DNA of 64,000 bases, taken from contig CAZHPA010000006.1 of the NCBI GenBank assembly GCA_964533945.1, positions 157 through 64,156 of the forward strand. The letters are read 5' to 3'. Positions 17,067 to 26,912 of the stretch are shown here, piece after piece. The translations under genes and the position numbers were made by a program. Each line of letters opens with the position of its first letter. Within the stretch, counting starts at the first letter, position 1. The notes beneath the pieces were generated by a model. The model searched no databases. It was given only the letters and a program-made list of their open reading frames with translations, and was not told where the DNA came from. This DNA comes from an uncultured Defluviitaleaceae bacterium (GTDB lineage: Bacteria; Bacillota; Clostridia; Lachnospirales; WRBF01).

Positions 17067-17753
17067 ATGAAAATGGTAACAGCAATAATACTTGCTGCTG
17101 GCAAAGGAATGCGAATAAATTCTGTAGTTCCAAAACAATTTATTGAAATATATGAAACACCAATACTTGCGTATACGCTTAAAACTTTCCAACAATGTGA
17201 TATAATAGACGAAATTATTATAGTAACTTCAAGAGAGTTTGCAGATTATTGCGGCTACGAAATAGTTGACAAATATAACATAACAAAAGTTCAAGGTAAA
17301 ATAATAGTAGGTGGCAGTGAGCGCCAAGCTTCTGTATATAAAGGGCTTGAACAAACTGAAACCGAAGCTGTTGTAATACATGATGGCGTTCGCCCATTTG
17401 TAACCCAAAAAAATATTTACGATGTTGTTAATTGCCTTGATTTTAATGGCTTTGGCGGGGCAGATGCCTCAACACTTGCTGTAAAACCTAAAGATACAAT
17501 AAGAACAAATAGCCAAACACTTGATAGAAGCAACTTATGGGTAGTTCAAACGCCACAAGCTTTTAAAACAAGCATTCTTAAAGAAGCGCACGAAAAAGCT
17601 ATTAAAGATAAGTTTTTAGCAACAGACGATATTCAACTAGTAGAACGCATTGGAGCTAAAATTGAAATTATTGAAGGAAGCTACAAGAATATTAAAATTA
17701 CAACAGAAGATGATTTGGCGTTTGCACAACTCCAATTATTAAAATCACATTAA
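17067..17753 (+). CDS. ispD: 2-C-methyl-D-erythritol 4-phosphate cytidylyltransferase
   Basis: AIILAAGKGMRINSVVPKQF, GGSERQASVYKGL, VIHDGVRPF, VQTPQAF motifs. Confidence 0.9.
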   Translation: MKMVTAIILAAGKGMRINSVVPKQFIEIYETPILAYTLKTFQQCDIIDEIIIVTSREFADYCGYEIVDKYNITKVQGKIIVGGSERQASVYKGLEQTETEAVVIHDGVRPFVTQKNIYDVVNCLDFNGFGGADASTLAVKPKDTIRTNSQTLDRSNLWVVQTPQAFKTSILKEAHEKAIKDKFLATDDIQLVERIGAKIEIIEGSYKNIKITTEDDLAFAQLQLLKSH

Positions 17754-17784
17754 AAACAATATTAAAAATAAAGGAAGAATAAAT

Positions 17785-18441
17785 ATGACTAAGATTTCAC
17801 CCTCCATATTAACAGCAAACTTTGCATATATCGGAGATGCTATTATGCAGCTTAATAATTCAGAGGCAGATTATATTCATTGTGATATTATGGATGGTAT
17901 TTTTGTTCCGAACATTTCGTTTGGTTTGCCCGTTATTAAAGATATTAGACCGTTAACAAATAAAGTTCTTGACGTTCATTTAATGATACAAGAACCACTT
18001 AATTATATTGATGAATTTTCAAGCTGCGGAGCAGATATTATAACAATACACGCCGAATGCCAATCTGCAACGCATCTTCAACGTGCGCTATCTAAAATTA
18101 AAGCAAACGGCAAAAAAGCTGGTGTTGCATTAAACCCTGCAACAAACCCATATGTTTTGGATTATGTTTTTGGCGACATTGATTTAATTTTAATAATGTC
18201 TGTTAATCCCGGATTTGGAGGGCAAAAATTTATACCACAAGTGCTTTATAAAATAGAGGAAGTTGCAAATAAAGTCTCAAAACTTTCACTTCCTATAGAA
18301 ATAGAAGTTGATGGCGGAGTTAATTTTGAAAATGCACGCTTAATAAAAGATGCCGGAGCTAATGTTTTAGTTGCCGGAAGTGCTGTTTTTAATGGAAATA
18401 ATATTATAGACAACGTTAGTAAACTAAAAAGCTCTTTATGA
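17785..18441 (+). CDS. rpe: Ribulose-phosphate 3-epimerase
   Basis: ISPSILTANFAYIG..HCDIMDGIFVPNISFG..DVHLM..MSVNPGFGGQKFI..VDGGV. Confidence 0.9.
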   Translation: MTKISPSILTANFAYIGDAIMQLNNSEADYIHCDIMDGIFVPNISFGLPVIKDIRPLTNKVLDVHLMIQEPLNYIDEFSSCGADIITIHAECQSATHLQRALSKIKANGKKAGVALNPATNPYVLDYVFGDIDLILIMSVNPGFGGQKFIPQVLYKIEEVANKVSKLSLPIEIEVDGGVNFENARLIKDAGANVLVAGSAVFNGNNIIDNVSKLKSSL

Positions 18442-18520
18442 CAAAAAATAACTTTACTTTTTTTGGAATAGTATGTATAATAAATTGGGAAATATACACA
18501 TAAAGTAAAGGTGCTTAAAA

Positions 18521-19072
18521 ATGAGAGTAATTGCCGGATATGCAAAGGGAATGAAATTAATTTCTAAAAGCGGAAATAAAACCCGACCAACTACCGATAG
18601 ATTAAAAGAAACACTTTTTAATATAATTGCCAACGAAATATTTGAACGTTCTTTTTTAGATATTTTTAGCGGCAGCGGCGCAATTGGCATTGAAGCACTT
18701 AGCCGTGGAGCAAGTGAAGCAACCTTTATAGAAAATTGCAAAGAATGCGTTTCAATTATAAATAAAAATTTAACCGCGACTAATTTAGCAGAAAAATCTA
18801 ATGTCTTTTGCGGAGATTTTGCATTAATGTTAAAGCTGCTTTATAAAAAGGGAAAAAAATTTGATGTTATATTTTTAGACCCACCATATTACAAAGGGCT
18901 TGCATATGAAACGCTTTGTCTTATTGATAAATTCCAGCTTTTAAGTGAAGATGGCATAATTATTACCGAACAAGGAAGCTTGGAAAAGTTACCAAAAATA
19001 AACGGTTTATTAATATATAGAGAAAAAGTATTAAAAACAACTACTTTTGTATTTTTAAAGAAAGAATCTTGA
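18521..19072 (+). CDS. rsmD: 16S rRNA (guanine966-N2)-methyltransferase RsmD
   Basis: MRVIAGYAKGMKL...TRPTTDRLKETLFNII, DIFSGSGAIGIEALSRGA, FLDPPY motif. Confidence 0.85.
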   Translation: MRVIAGYAKGMKLISKSGNKTRPTTDRLKETLFNIIANEIFERSFLDIFSGSGAIGIEALSRGASEATFIENCKECVSIINKNLTATNLAEKSNVFCGDFALMLKLLYKKGKKFDVIFLDPPYYKGLAYETLCLIDKFQLLSEDGIIITEQGSLEKLPKINGLLIYREKVLKTTTFVFLKKES

Positions 19073-19081
19073 GGTGTTGCA

Positions 19082-19561
19082 ATGATTGCGCTTTATCCGG
19101 GAAGTTTCGACCCTGTTACAAACGGGCATATGGATATTATTAAAAGAGTTGCTAAAATAGCACAAAAATTAATTATTGCAGTATTAATAAATTCTTCCAA
19201 ACAACCTTTTTTCAGTATAGAAAAAAGACTCGAACACCTTAAAATCTTAACAAAAGATTTTAAAAATGTTGAGGTTAACTCATTTAATGGGTTAACTGCC
19301 GAATTTGCAAAAGAAAAGGGCGTTAATGTAATTGTTAAAGGACTTAGAAATGTTTCAGACTTTGAGCTTGAAGCTGTAACTGCATCTGTAAACCGGCATT
19401 TATCAAGCAATAAATTGGAAACGTTTTTTATTCCGGCAAGCTCTGAAAATATGTTTTTAAGTTCAAGCGTTGTTAAAGAAATTGTGCGTTATGGAAACAG
19501 CGTTAAAGGGCTTGTGCCTGACATAATTGAAGCGGAGCTTTCTGCCGCTAAATGGAGGTGA
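19082..19561 (+). CDS. coaD: Phosphopantetheine adenylyltransferase
   Basis: YPGSFDPVTNGHMDII; ..VKGLRNVSDFELE..; ..SSSVVKEI.. Confidence 0.92.
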   Translation: MIALYPGSFDPVTNGHMDIIKRVAKIAQKLIIAVLINSSKQPFFSIEKRLEHLKILTKDFKNVEVNSFNGLTAEFAKEKGVNVIVKGLRNVSDFELEAVTASVNRHLSSNKLETFFIPASSENMFLSSSVVKEIVRYGNSVKGLVPDIIEAELSAAKWR

Positions 19562-19565
19562 TTTT

Positions 19566-20072
19566 GTGGAGTCTTTCATGGAATATATAGATGAACTGGA
19601 AGACATACTTGATGCCGGACGTGGGCGGCCGTTTACCAGTAAAATATCAATAGATAAAGAAAAAGCGTATGACATTATTGGTGAAATGCGTTTAAATTTA
19701 CCTCAAGAAATTAGACAAGCTCAAAAAATAATTGAAGACCACGATAGAATTATTGAAGATGCAAAAAACAAAGCAACTTCAATAATTAAAGAAGCGGAAA
19801 TGCGTGCAGATGAAATAACGGGCGACCATGAAATATATAAATTGGCAACGGAAGCCGCCGAAAAGCTTGTTGACGAAGCTAAGAAATATTCTCGTGATGT
19901 TAGAATTGGAACTATGAACTATGTGGAAGAAATTTTAACCAAAACAGAAAAGGTTGTTAAATTAACTCTTGAAAACGTTTCTAAAAGCTTTAGAGATGCA
20001 GAAGACGATTTAAATAACACAGTCGGAAGAATTCATGAAAATAAGCAAGAAATAAGAGGGAGAAAAGAATAA
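19566..20072 (+). CDS. Conserved coiled-coil protein of unknown function (often annotated ATPase/V-ATPase-H-like) downstream of coaD
   Basis: ORF with GTG 19566 placed 7 nt after GGAGG (alternative ATG 19578). Charged helical sequence. Function not recognisable. Confidence 0.55.
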   Translation: MESFMEYIDELEDILDAGRGRPFTSKISIDKEKAYDIIGEMRLNLPQEIRQAQKIIEDHDRIIEDAKNKATSIIKEAEMRADEITGDHEIYKLATEAAEKLVDEAKKYSRDVRIGTMNYVEEILTKTEKVVKLTLENVSKSFRDAEDDLNNTVGRIHENKQEIRGRKE

Positions 20073-20075
20073 TTA

Positions 20076-20368
20076 TTAGATGTGGCGTAAAAACCCCCGG
20101 CTTTAGCCGCGGGGATATAAGCTGCTGTTTTCAAAATTTAGTTAAGGTGTTTAGTAAAAGCAGTTAGGCGCGGTTTGTATCAAAGCAAAAACGGAATAAC
20201 TATAAACGCCGATGTTAACGGTGCTTTAAATATACTTCGTAAAAGTAAGCAGAAGTTCAATTACGAACAATTGCGTATAGGGCTTTTGGCTAGCCCTCAA
20301 AGAATAAGGGTAGCTTAAGTTACCAAACTTCTTTTAAAGAATTCCCTAATTTCAGATATGGGAAGAAG
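20076..20368 (+). mobile_element. TnpB-element relic filling a convergent intergenic gap (hairpin + C-terminal tnpB remnant + tail hairpin)
   Basis: Hairpin at 20094-20114. 20172-20318 translates to GLYQSKNGITINADVNGALNILRKSKQKFNYEQLRIGLLASPQRIRVA*, a TnpB C-terminus with its zinc-ribbon cysteines lost. Hairpin TTCCC..GGGAA at 20342-64. Confidence 0.55.
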
Positions 20369-21538
20369 TTAATCCCTTTCCCAAAAATAAAAAATTAAAA
20401 CAACTATAAACATAACCGCAATCGAAGCAACAAAATTAACAGACGAAAAGGCAAGCTTTTCAACTATTTTGTTACTATATGCCACAGCTGAAATTTCGGG
20501 CTTAAATTTGAAAAACGGAAACAATATGCTTGCAACAACAACGCTAATTAGCGAATGAAGTGCTTTTGAAGCTATGTATATAAATGGGTTTATGTCTGCC
20601 TTATGCAAAAAGCTAATTGCTTGCGCATGAATTGAAAATCCACCAAAAGACAAAACAGAAACCGCCGCTAACAATTGGGCTTTTGAAGGCACTGTTTCGG
20701 ATATAATTTTTGTTCCATTGGTTATTTCCATAATCCCAACAAAAAAGCCTTTATAAACTTCATCGCTAATGCCAAAAAAGCTAAGTGCTTCCGAAAATAT
20801 ATAATTTGTTGCACCAACAACATTAGTAATTTCAAGTACTTCAACAATGACGCAAAACAAAATTATAAATCCGCCAACAACTAATATTGTTTCCATGGCA
20901 TTTCTAACGCTATCCCCCAATATTTGTCCGAGGCTGCGTCCATCTTGATTTCTTGCAATTTTCATGCTGTTAAGTGCATTTTTGGCTGTGTTTTTTGATT
21001 TAATTTGTTTTTCTGTTTTGTGTTCGTATTTATAATATTTCATAACAACGCCGGTTACTATGGCAGATATGTAATGGGAAAACATAAAAAAATAGCCAAT
21101 TGCTTTTGAATTAAACATTGAAACGCCAACTGCTCCAAGCATAAATAGTGGACCCGAATTGTTTACAAACCCAACAAGTCTTTGAGCCTCTGTTTTGGAT
21201 AGCAAGTTTTTTTGTTTTAAATCGGATACGGTTTTTGCCCCCATAGGGTAGCCAGACATCATTCCCGTTATTAATGCAAAGCCGCCGCAACCAGGAACGC
21301 CGAAAACAGGGCGCATTACAGGTTCTAAAAGCGTTCCTAAAAAGCTAACAAACCCAAGCCCAACCAATATGTTCGTTCCAATTATAAAAGGCAAAAGCGA
21401 AGGCAAAACATTGTTGAACCAAAGGCCAAGCCCTTGCCTTGAAGCCGCAATCATTTGGGTTGGAAATAAAATGATTAGTATATTGAAAATTGCTACTGCA
21501 ATTGGTATAATGAAAGATATATAATTTTTTGGCTTCAC
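20369..21538 (-). CDS. ylbJ: Sporulation integral membrane protein YlbJ (nucleoside-recognition domain)
   Basis: Polytopic protein with a Gate/nucleoside-recognition-like sequence. Conserved position next to coaD/rsmD, as in Bacillus. I prefer the GTG at 21538 (GGAG 10 nt upstream); the ORF track extends to 21625. Confidence 0.75.
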   Translation of the reverse strand: MKPKNYISFIIPIAVAIFNILIILFPTQMIAASRQGLGLWFNNVLPSLLPFIIGTNILVGLGFVSFLGTLLEPVMRPVFGVPGCGGFALITGMMSGYPMGAKTVSDLKQKNLLSKTEAQRLVGFVNNSGPLFMLGAVGVSMFNSKAIGYFFMFSHYISAIVTGVVMKYYKYEHKTEKQIKSKNTAKNALNSMKIARNQDGRSLGQILGDSVRNAMETILVVGGFIILFCVIVEVLEITNVVGATNYIFSEALSFFGISDEVYKGFFVGIMEITNGTKIISETVPSKAQLLAAVSVLSFGGFSIHAQAISFLHKADINPFIYIASKALHSLISVVVASILFPFFKFKPEISAVAYSNKIVEKLAFSSVNFVASIAVMFIVVLIFYFWERD

Positions 21539-21608
21539 CTTGACCAAACTCCTTTTAGCATTAATTATATTCAAGTTGTTCCAATTTATGAATAGGAGCG
21601 AACAGGAA

Positions 21609-23120
21609 ATGATAAAAAAACCCAAAAGACAAATACGGCGTGTTGTTAAAAAGCCTTCTAAAAAGCAATCAGTTAATTATTCAGGTGTTATTTTGGTGTT
21701 TTTAATTTTCCTTACTGTTTTTGCATATATATTTCGTGCTATAGTTGACTACGTTAATAAGCCTGATATATCTTTTGGGTTAGTAGCTTATGGAACAGTT
21801 GACATTCCACATGAAATAAATGCTTTAATAGTTAGAGACGAGCAAGTATATAAAGCTAATGCTTCAGGAAAATTAAGCTTTAATTATAACGAATATGATA
21901 AAATTAGAAAATCTTCTACAGTTTGCAATATTTTAGATGAACAAGCCGCTTTAGAAATTGCTGCAGGAATGTCTAAAATAGACCAAAAGATTTTAAATAT
22001 ACAGCAAAATATGAGAGGCGATATTTCTGTTTTTTATGAAGATGCACAGCTTAAAAACAAGCAAATTAAAAAAGCAGTCGATTCCAACATACCAAAGTTT
22101 CTAGCAACAGATACTTCAACTTTATACAATTTTAAAGAAACGGTTTCCCAAAATGTAAATATTAGAAACCAAATTCTTCTATCCGAAAACAGAGGAAGCA
22201 TTGAAGGTATGGTTGATGAAAGAGAACGGTTTGATGTTGAACTTAGTAAAACAAAATCAACAATTGTTGCTGAAAAAGGCGGCATATTATCATATTTTGT
22301 TGATGGGTTTGAGGAAGTTTTAACAATTGAAAGCATTGACAAAATAACGCCCGAACATCTTAGAATGACTTTTGAACAAAAAGACACCAGCACCAACAAA
22401 AACGTTCAAGCAGAAGATAAAGTTTTTAAAATTGTGCAGTCAAACGATTGGCTTATTGCCTCATATATTCCAAACAACTTGTCTTATGAATTTAAAGAAG
22501 GCGATTTTAGAACAATTTATGTTAGCCAAAATAAAAATTTTATACCGCTTGAAATGGAAATTGTTAAAATAGTTAAAGGCGAACAGGAAGACTTTGTTGT
22601 TTTTAAGTGCAGCAGAGATATTATAGACTTTTTAGCAGTTAGAAATATTAAAATTAAAACAGTTGATACTAAACATAAAGGATATAAAATTGCTAAGGCG
22701 GCAGTAGTTGACAAAACACTTTTAAAAATCCCAAACGAATATGTGTATGAAACAAACAGCGGAGCTACTATTATAAAGCGAAGCGATATACTCGACGAAC
22801 CTATTATTATAGATATTAACTCTAAAGATGAAATATATACATATTTGCTGCTTGATTACAAAAACTTAAATATTGGTGATATTTTAGTTTTGCCTGAAGA
22901 TAGGGAAAAGACATTTTCAGTTTCCGAAATTGAAAATGTTAAAGGTGTATATAAAGTTAATAAAGGTTATGCTAAGTTTACCAAAATTATAATTGACGAA
23001 AATACACCCGAAACAAACGGCTACTATATACTAGACCCCGCAATTAACAAAACAATTATGATTTCTGATAGAATTATAACAGATGCTAAAAATATTATTG
23101 AAGGTCAAATTGTTTATTAG
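21609..23120 (+). CDS. Membrane-anchored protein of unknown function (HlyD-like annotations are common for this family)
   Basis: ATG 21609 after AGGAG. Basic N-terminus, one TM segment, then a long soluble domain. No motif I can assign. Confidence 0.55.
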   Translation: MIKKPKRQIRRVVKKPSKKQSVNYSGVILVFLIFLTVFAYIFRAIVDYVNKPDISFGLVAYGTVDIPHEINALIVRDEQVYKANASGKLSFNYNEYDKIRKSSTVCNILDEQAALEIAAGMSKIDQKILNIQQNMRGDISVFYEDAQLKNKQIKKAVDSNIPKFLATDTSTLYNFKETVSQNVNIRNQILLSENRGSIEGMVDERERFDVELSKTKSTIVAEKGGILSYFVDGFEEVLTIESIDKITPEHLRMTFEQKDTSTNKNVQAEDKVFKIVQSNDWLIASYIPNNLSYEFKEGDFRTIYVSQNKNFIPLEMEIVKIVKGEQEDFVVFKCSRDIIDFLAVRNIKIKTVDTKHKGYKIAKAAVVDKTLLKIPNEYVYETNSGATIIKRSDILDEPIIIDINSKDEIYTYLLLDYKNLNIGDILVLPEDREKTFSVSEIENVKGVYKVNKGYAKFTKIIIDENTPETNGYYILDPAINKTIMISDRIITDAKNIIEGQIVY

Positions 23121-23164
23121 TATTTTTTATTATTTATTACTTATAGATGTAAGGAGAAATTTAT

Positions 23165-23848
23165 TTGTTTGATAAAATACAAGAAAACCTTAAGCAAATT
23201 AACTATAATATAGAAAAGGCAGCAGAAAAAAGCGGCAGAAAACCCGAAGAAATAATGCTTTTAGGTGTTACAAAAACAATAGAACCCGAAAATATAAACC
23301 ATTTAATTTCTCTTGGGGTTAAAAATTTGGGGGAAAATAGAGTTCAGGAATTTTTAGAAAAATACTCTGTTTTAGGTAATTGTGCAAACTGGCATCATAT
23401 TGGGCAACTGCAAACAAATAAAGTTAAATATATTATAGATAAAGTTGTTTTAATTCATTCTGTTGATAGCGAAAAGCTTGCGGCTGAAATTGACAGGCAG
23501 GCAAAAAAGCATAATAAAATTATGGATATTTTAATAGAAGTTAACGTTGCAGAAGAACAAACAAAAGCGGGAATTTCTCTTTCAGAAGTTGAGTCATTAA
23601 TTCAAAAAGTTAAGGAATTTGACAATATTTCAATAAAAGGTTTAATGACTATAGCGCCTTTTGTCGAAAAAGCTAGAGAAAACAGGATAATTTTTAAAAA
23701 ATTGTATCAAAAGTTTATTGACATTAAGGAAAAATACAATAATAATATAAACATGCAATATTTATCTATGGGCATGACTAATGACTATGAAGTTGCCATT
23801 GAAGAAGGAGCTAATATCATTAGAGTTGGCACAGGTATTTTTAAATAG
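23165..23848 (+). CDS. yggS: YggS/YlmE family pyridoxal-phosphate homeostasis protein
   Basis: ..LLGVTKT.., NLGENRVQE, WHHIGQLQTNKVKY, HSVDS, ..MGMTNDYEVAIEEGANIIRVGTGIF. Confidence 0.88.
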   Translation: MFDKIQENLKQINYNIEKAAEKSGRKPEEIMLLGVTKTIEPENINHLISLGVKNLGENRVQEFLEKYSVLGNCANWHHIGQLQTNKVKYIIDKVVLIHSVDSEKLAAEIDRQAKKHNKIMDILIEVNVAEEQTKAGISLSEVESLIQKVKEFDNISIKGLMTIAPFVEKARENRIIFKKLYQKFIDIKEKYNNNINMQYLSMGMTNDYEVAIEEGANIIRVGTGIFK

Positions 23849-23896
23849 ATTTATAATTTAATGTAACAAGAAATAAAACACATCGGGGGAATAAAC

Positions 23897-24409
23897 ATGG
23901 GTGGTTTACTAAAGAAAATTCAAAATGCTATGCTTGGAGCACAATTTGAAGACGAAGAAGACAGCTTGGACTACATTGATGAAGAATATGAAGAAAGAGA
24001 ATATGTCCCCAAGACTGAACGGGAAAAAACTGATTTACCCATAAATCGTGCAGCTAAAAAGCCGGCAAGCAAAGAATCGAATTTATTAACTATGCCAAAT
24101 GCTGCTATTTTTGAAAACAATGTTGTCATTTGCAAGCCAAAGTCTGTTGATGATGCATCGGGTATTTGCAGGCAATTTAGAGAATCTTGCATATGTATCG
24201 TTTCCCTTGAAGGACTTGAAAATATGGAAGCTCAAAGAATAGCAGACGTTTTAAGCGGTGCTGCATTTGTGCTTGACGGAATTATAGAAAGAATTACCAA
24301 TTCCGTTTTTGTAATGGCACCTATAGGTTATAGAGTTTCAAGTGAATTAAGAGAACAAATTAAATCTGGCTCCTCATTTTTGCCATGGCTTCTTTCAGGT
24401 CAAAAATAA
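23897..24409 (+). CDS. sepF: Cell division protein SepF
   Basis: Acidic N-terminus, then ..VVICKPKSVDDASGICRQFRESCICIVSLEGLENMEAQRIADVLSGAAFVLDG... Sits in the ylm cluster. Confidence 0.85.
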   Translation: MGGLLKKIQNAMLGAQFEDEEDSLDYIDEEYEEREYVPKTEREKTDLPINRAAKKPASKESNLLTMPNAAIFENNVVICKPKSVDDASGICRQFRESCICIVSLEGLENMEAQRIADVLSGAAFVLDGIIERITNSVFVMAPIGYRVSSELREQIKSGSSFLPWLLSGQK

Positions 24410-24502
24410 TTAAATAGCTTAGTTGTGCCTTTTTAAATTAGAAGTTAAATTTTGTTGCCTTATTATTTGTATTTAAATAAATAGCTAGGGTTTTACATAC
24501 AT

Positions 24503-24790
24503 ATGGAGTTGTCACAAATGAATATTTTAATAATATCTATAGACGTTTTTGCCAGAGTTTTAAATACTTTAATTTTTATTAGAGTTGTTGCATCATGGTT
24601 GTCGTTACCAAATGACAACCCAATTATGCAGCTTTTATACACTTTAACTGAGCCTATTTTATACCCAATACGCAGATTGCTTCAAAATTCGCCAATTGGA
24701 GGGCCGGGAATGGTACTTGATTTTTCCCCTATTATTTCCTTTGTATTAATTGAGGTTGCTAAAAATGTTTTAATTGGAATACTGAAATGA
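24503..24790 (+). CDS. yggT: YggT (YlmG) family membrane protein
   Basis: 95 aa with two TM segments. ..IFIRVVASWL..LYTLTEPILYPIRR.. is the family pattern. Confidence 0.8.
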   Translation: MELSQMNILIISIDVFARVLNTLIFIRVVASWLSLPNDNPIMQLLYTLTEPILYPIRRLLQNSPIGGPGMVLDFSPIISFVLIEVAKNVLIGILK

Positions 24791-25581
24791 ACAGGGAAAA
24801 GATGCTGAAAGCTTTTAAATTGCCTGAAGAACGCTTGCTTTTTGCAAAAACGCTTGACGTTGCTTTATTATGCCAAAAGCAGCATATTAATACTTATACA
24901 GATTTTTTAGACCCAGTAAAAACAGCGCAATTTTTAGCTATGCTTAAAGAAGTTGATATTTTTGCGTCTGCTTTTGGTGGTAACGATTTTTGCGAACGTA
25001 AAATTATAGGGTTTTCATTGGAAAAAGATTTATATAAAGAAACTTTCCCTATCGCAAAACTAGAAGTAAAATATAATGAAAAATTTAGCAAGTCTTTAAC
25101 TCATAGAGATTTTCTAGGTTCTATTTTAGGACTTTCAATTGCACGCTCGAAAGTTGGAGATATAATAATTTCAAAAAGCAGTGCTTTTGTATACGTTTCA
25201 AAAGATATATCGCAATTTATTTGTCTAAATCTTTTAAAAGTTTCCAAAACATCTGTTACTGTAACTGAAAGCAACAACTTTTTAGAACAAGATGAGCAAA
25301 ACGAACAAGAAGAAAAAATTAAAAGTAATGCAATAACCGTTTCTTCTTTAAGATTAGATGCAGTTTTAAGTGTTGCTTTTAAAATTTCAAGAAGTAAGTC
25401 ATCGCAACTTGTAGATTCTGAGAAAGTTTTTGTTAATTGGGTTTTGGTAAAAAACGGAACTAAACAAGTTGCGGAAAACGATGTAATAACAGTTCGTGGA
25501 ATTGGAAGAATAACAATTAACGGTTTTTCTGGCAAAAGCAAAAAGGACAAATTTATAATTAATATTTCTTCAACGTTTTAA
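24787..25581 (+). CDS. ylmH: YlmH-like RNA-binding (S4 domain) protein
   Basis: Position after yggT. C-terminal S4-like ..LRLDAVLSVAFKISRSKSSQLVDSEKVFVNW... Confidence 0.75.
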   Translation: MNREKMLKAFKLPEERLLFAKTLDVALLCQKQHINTYTDFLDPVKTAQFLAMLKEVDIFASAFGGNDFCERKIIGFSLEKDLYKETFPIAKLEVKYNEKFSKSLTHRDFLGSILGLSIARSKVGDIIISKSSAFVYVSKDISQFICLNLLKVSKTSVTVTESNNFLEQDEQNEQEEKIKSNAITVSSLRLDAVLSVAFKISRSKSSQLVDSEKVFVNWVLVKNGTKQVAENDVITVRGIGRITINGFSGKSKKDKFIINISSTF

Positions 25582-26025
25582 TAGTTTTTTTGAGCATAAA
25601 CAGCTTAAAAAGACTATTATTTTATTTGGCAGCGATAAAACAATCATAATGCCAACAGAAATTGCACCTGCTATTGCAAATGTTGCTATTCCGTTTGATG
25701 TTGCCGTATTTAAGCTTCCGGTTATTGTGTCAAGCATAGTTTCGTATAAAAAAGCCCCCGGAACAAGGGGAATTATTCCAGACGTTAAAAAAACCGTTAT
25801 TGGCATTTTACGCACTCTTGCTAAAACCCGGCAAATTAGTGTAATTAACATAGCTGCAATAAATGTTGAAAACGTTATTGTAAAATTGTTGTTTACTGCA
25901 ATTAAATAAAAAAACCAGCTAATTGAGCCTGTTATTCCGCAGGCAATTATTTCAGAACGTGGAGCATTCATTAAAGCTGCAAATGCAAGCGTTGCACAAA
26001 ATGCCATAATTATTTGCACAATCAT
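25570..26025 (-). CDS. Threonine/serine exporter family protein, small subunit (ThrE_2/DUF3815)
   Basis: Hydrophobic, about 151 aa. ATG 26025 lies 2 nt after the stop of the upstream partner. Confidence 0.75.
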   Translation of the reverse strand: MIVQIIMAFCATLAFAALMNAPRSEIIACGITGSISWFFYLIAVNNNFTITFSTFIAAMLITLICRVLARVRKMPITVFLTSGIIPLVPGAFLYETMLDTITGSLNTATSNGIATFAIAGAISVGIMIVLSLPNKIIVFLSCLCSKKLLKR

Positions 26026-26027
26026 AT

Positions 26028-26804
26028 TTATATAGCGCCTCCAAAAAGCCAAAACCATGTTTTTAAAACAAACCCAACGCCGCTTGCTATGCAAACTGCA
26101 ACAAGCGTTGCATCAACAATTCTGCTTGTTCCCGATAAAAAGTCTCCGCCCAAAACGTCACGTATTGCATTTGTTATTGAAACTCCCGGCAAAAGTGGCA
26201 TTATAGAACCTATTATAACTTTATCTAAATAATCTAAAGAGCTTATTTTTAAATACGAGAAGCAAAGAGCAATTATTGTTATTATACAGCCAGAAAATAT
26301 ATTTATTAAAAAGCTTGAAACTTCCTTTTTTCTAAGGTGCGCTTGAAAAATGTTAGAAGCAACACCAATTATTAAGGCGTTTGAACAGGCGGCAATGTTT
26401 CCTCCAAACATATAGGCGAAACAAAAGCACGAAACGCCTGAAGCAATTGTTTGAACATGGAAACTGTTGCCTTTTAATTCATCTATTTTTTGAAGAAATT
26501 TCATAGTTTCTTCTATAGTAATTTTATTTTCAACAAATTCACGGGAAAGACTGTTTACCATTGCAACTTTTCCTAAATTATATGTTCTTTTTGTAATGCG
26601 TTTAATAATTGTTATCATACCGTCTTTTTCATCTTCTATCGTTGCAAAAATACCTGTTGTTGTAACAAAAGCTTCAATAGTTTTAAAGCCGCCTTTTTCT
26701 AAGATACGACACATTGTATCTTCAACTCTGTGAGTTTCAGCGCCACTTGATAACATTATAGAACCTGCAAATACAGCAGTTTTTAAAAATTGCCTCGAAT
26801 CCAT
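26028..26804 (-). CDS. Threonine/serine exporter family protein, large subunit (ThrE/DUF1212)
   Basis: ..LSSGAETHRVEDTM.. is a hallmark of the family. ATG 26804 follows AAGGAAG. Confidence 0.8.
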   Translation of the reverse strand: MDSRQFLKTAVFAGSIMLSSGAETHRVEDTMCRILEKGGFKTIEAFVTTTGIFATIEDEKDGMITIIKRITKRTYNLGKVAMVNSLSREFVENKITIEETMKFLQKIDELKGNSFHVQTIASGVSCFCFAYMFGGNIAACSNALIIGVASNIFQAHLRKKEVSSFLINIFSGCIITIIALCFSYLKISSLDYLDKVIIGSIMPLLPGVSITNAIRDVLGGDFLSGTSRIVDATLVAVCIASGVGFVLKTWFWLFGGAI

Positions 26805-26912
26805 TTTTAACTTCCTTAAAATATATTCATTTTCATTATATACCAATGTTCTCACAAAAACAACTGCCTGTTAATATAATAAAGCAAAAAGTTTGCAAGC
26901 GGAGGTATTTTT

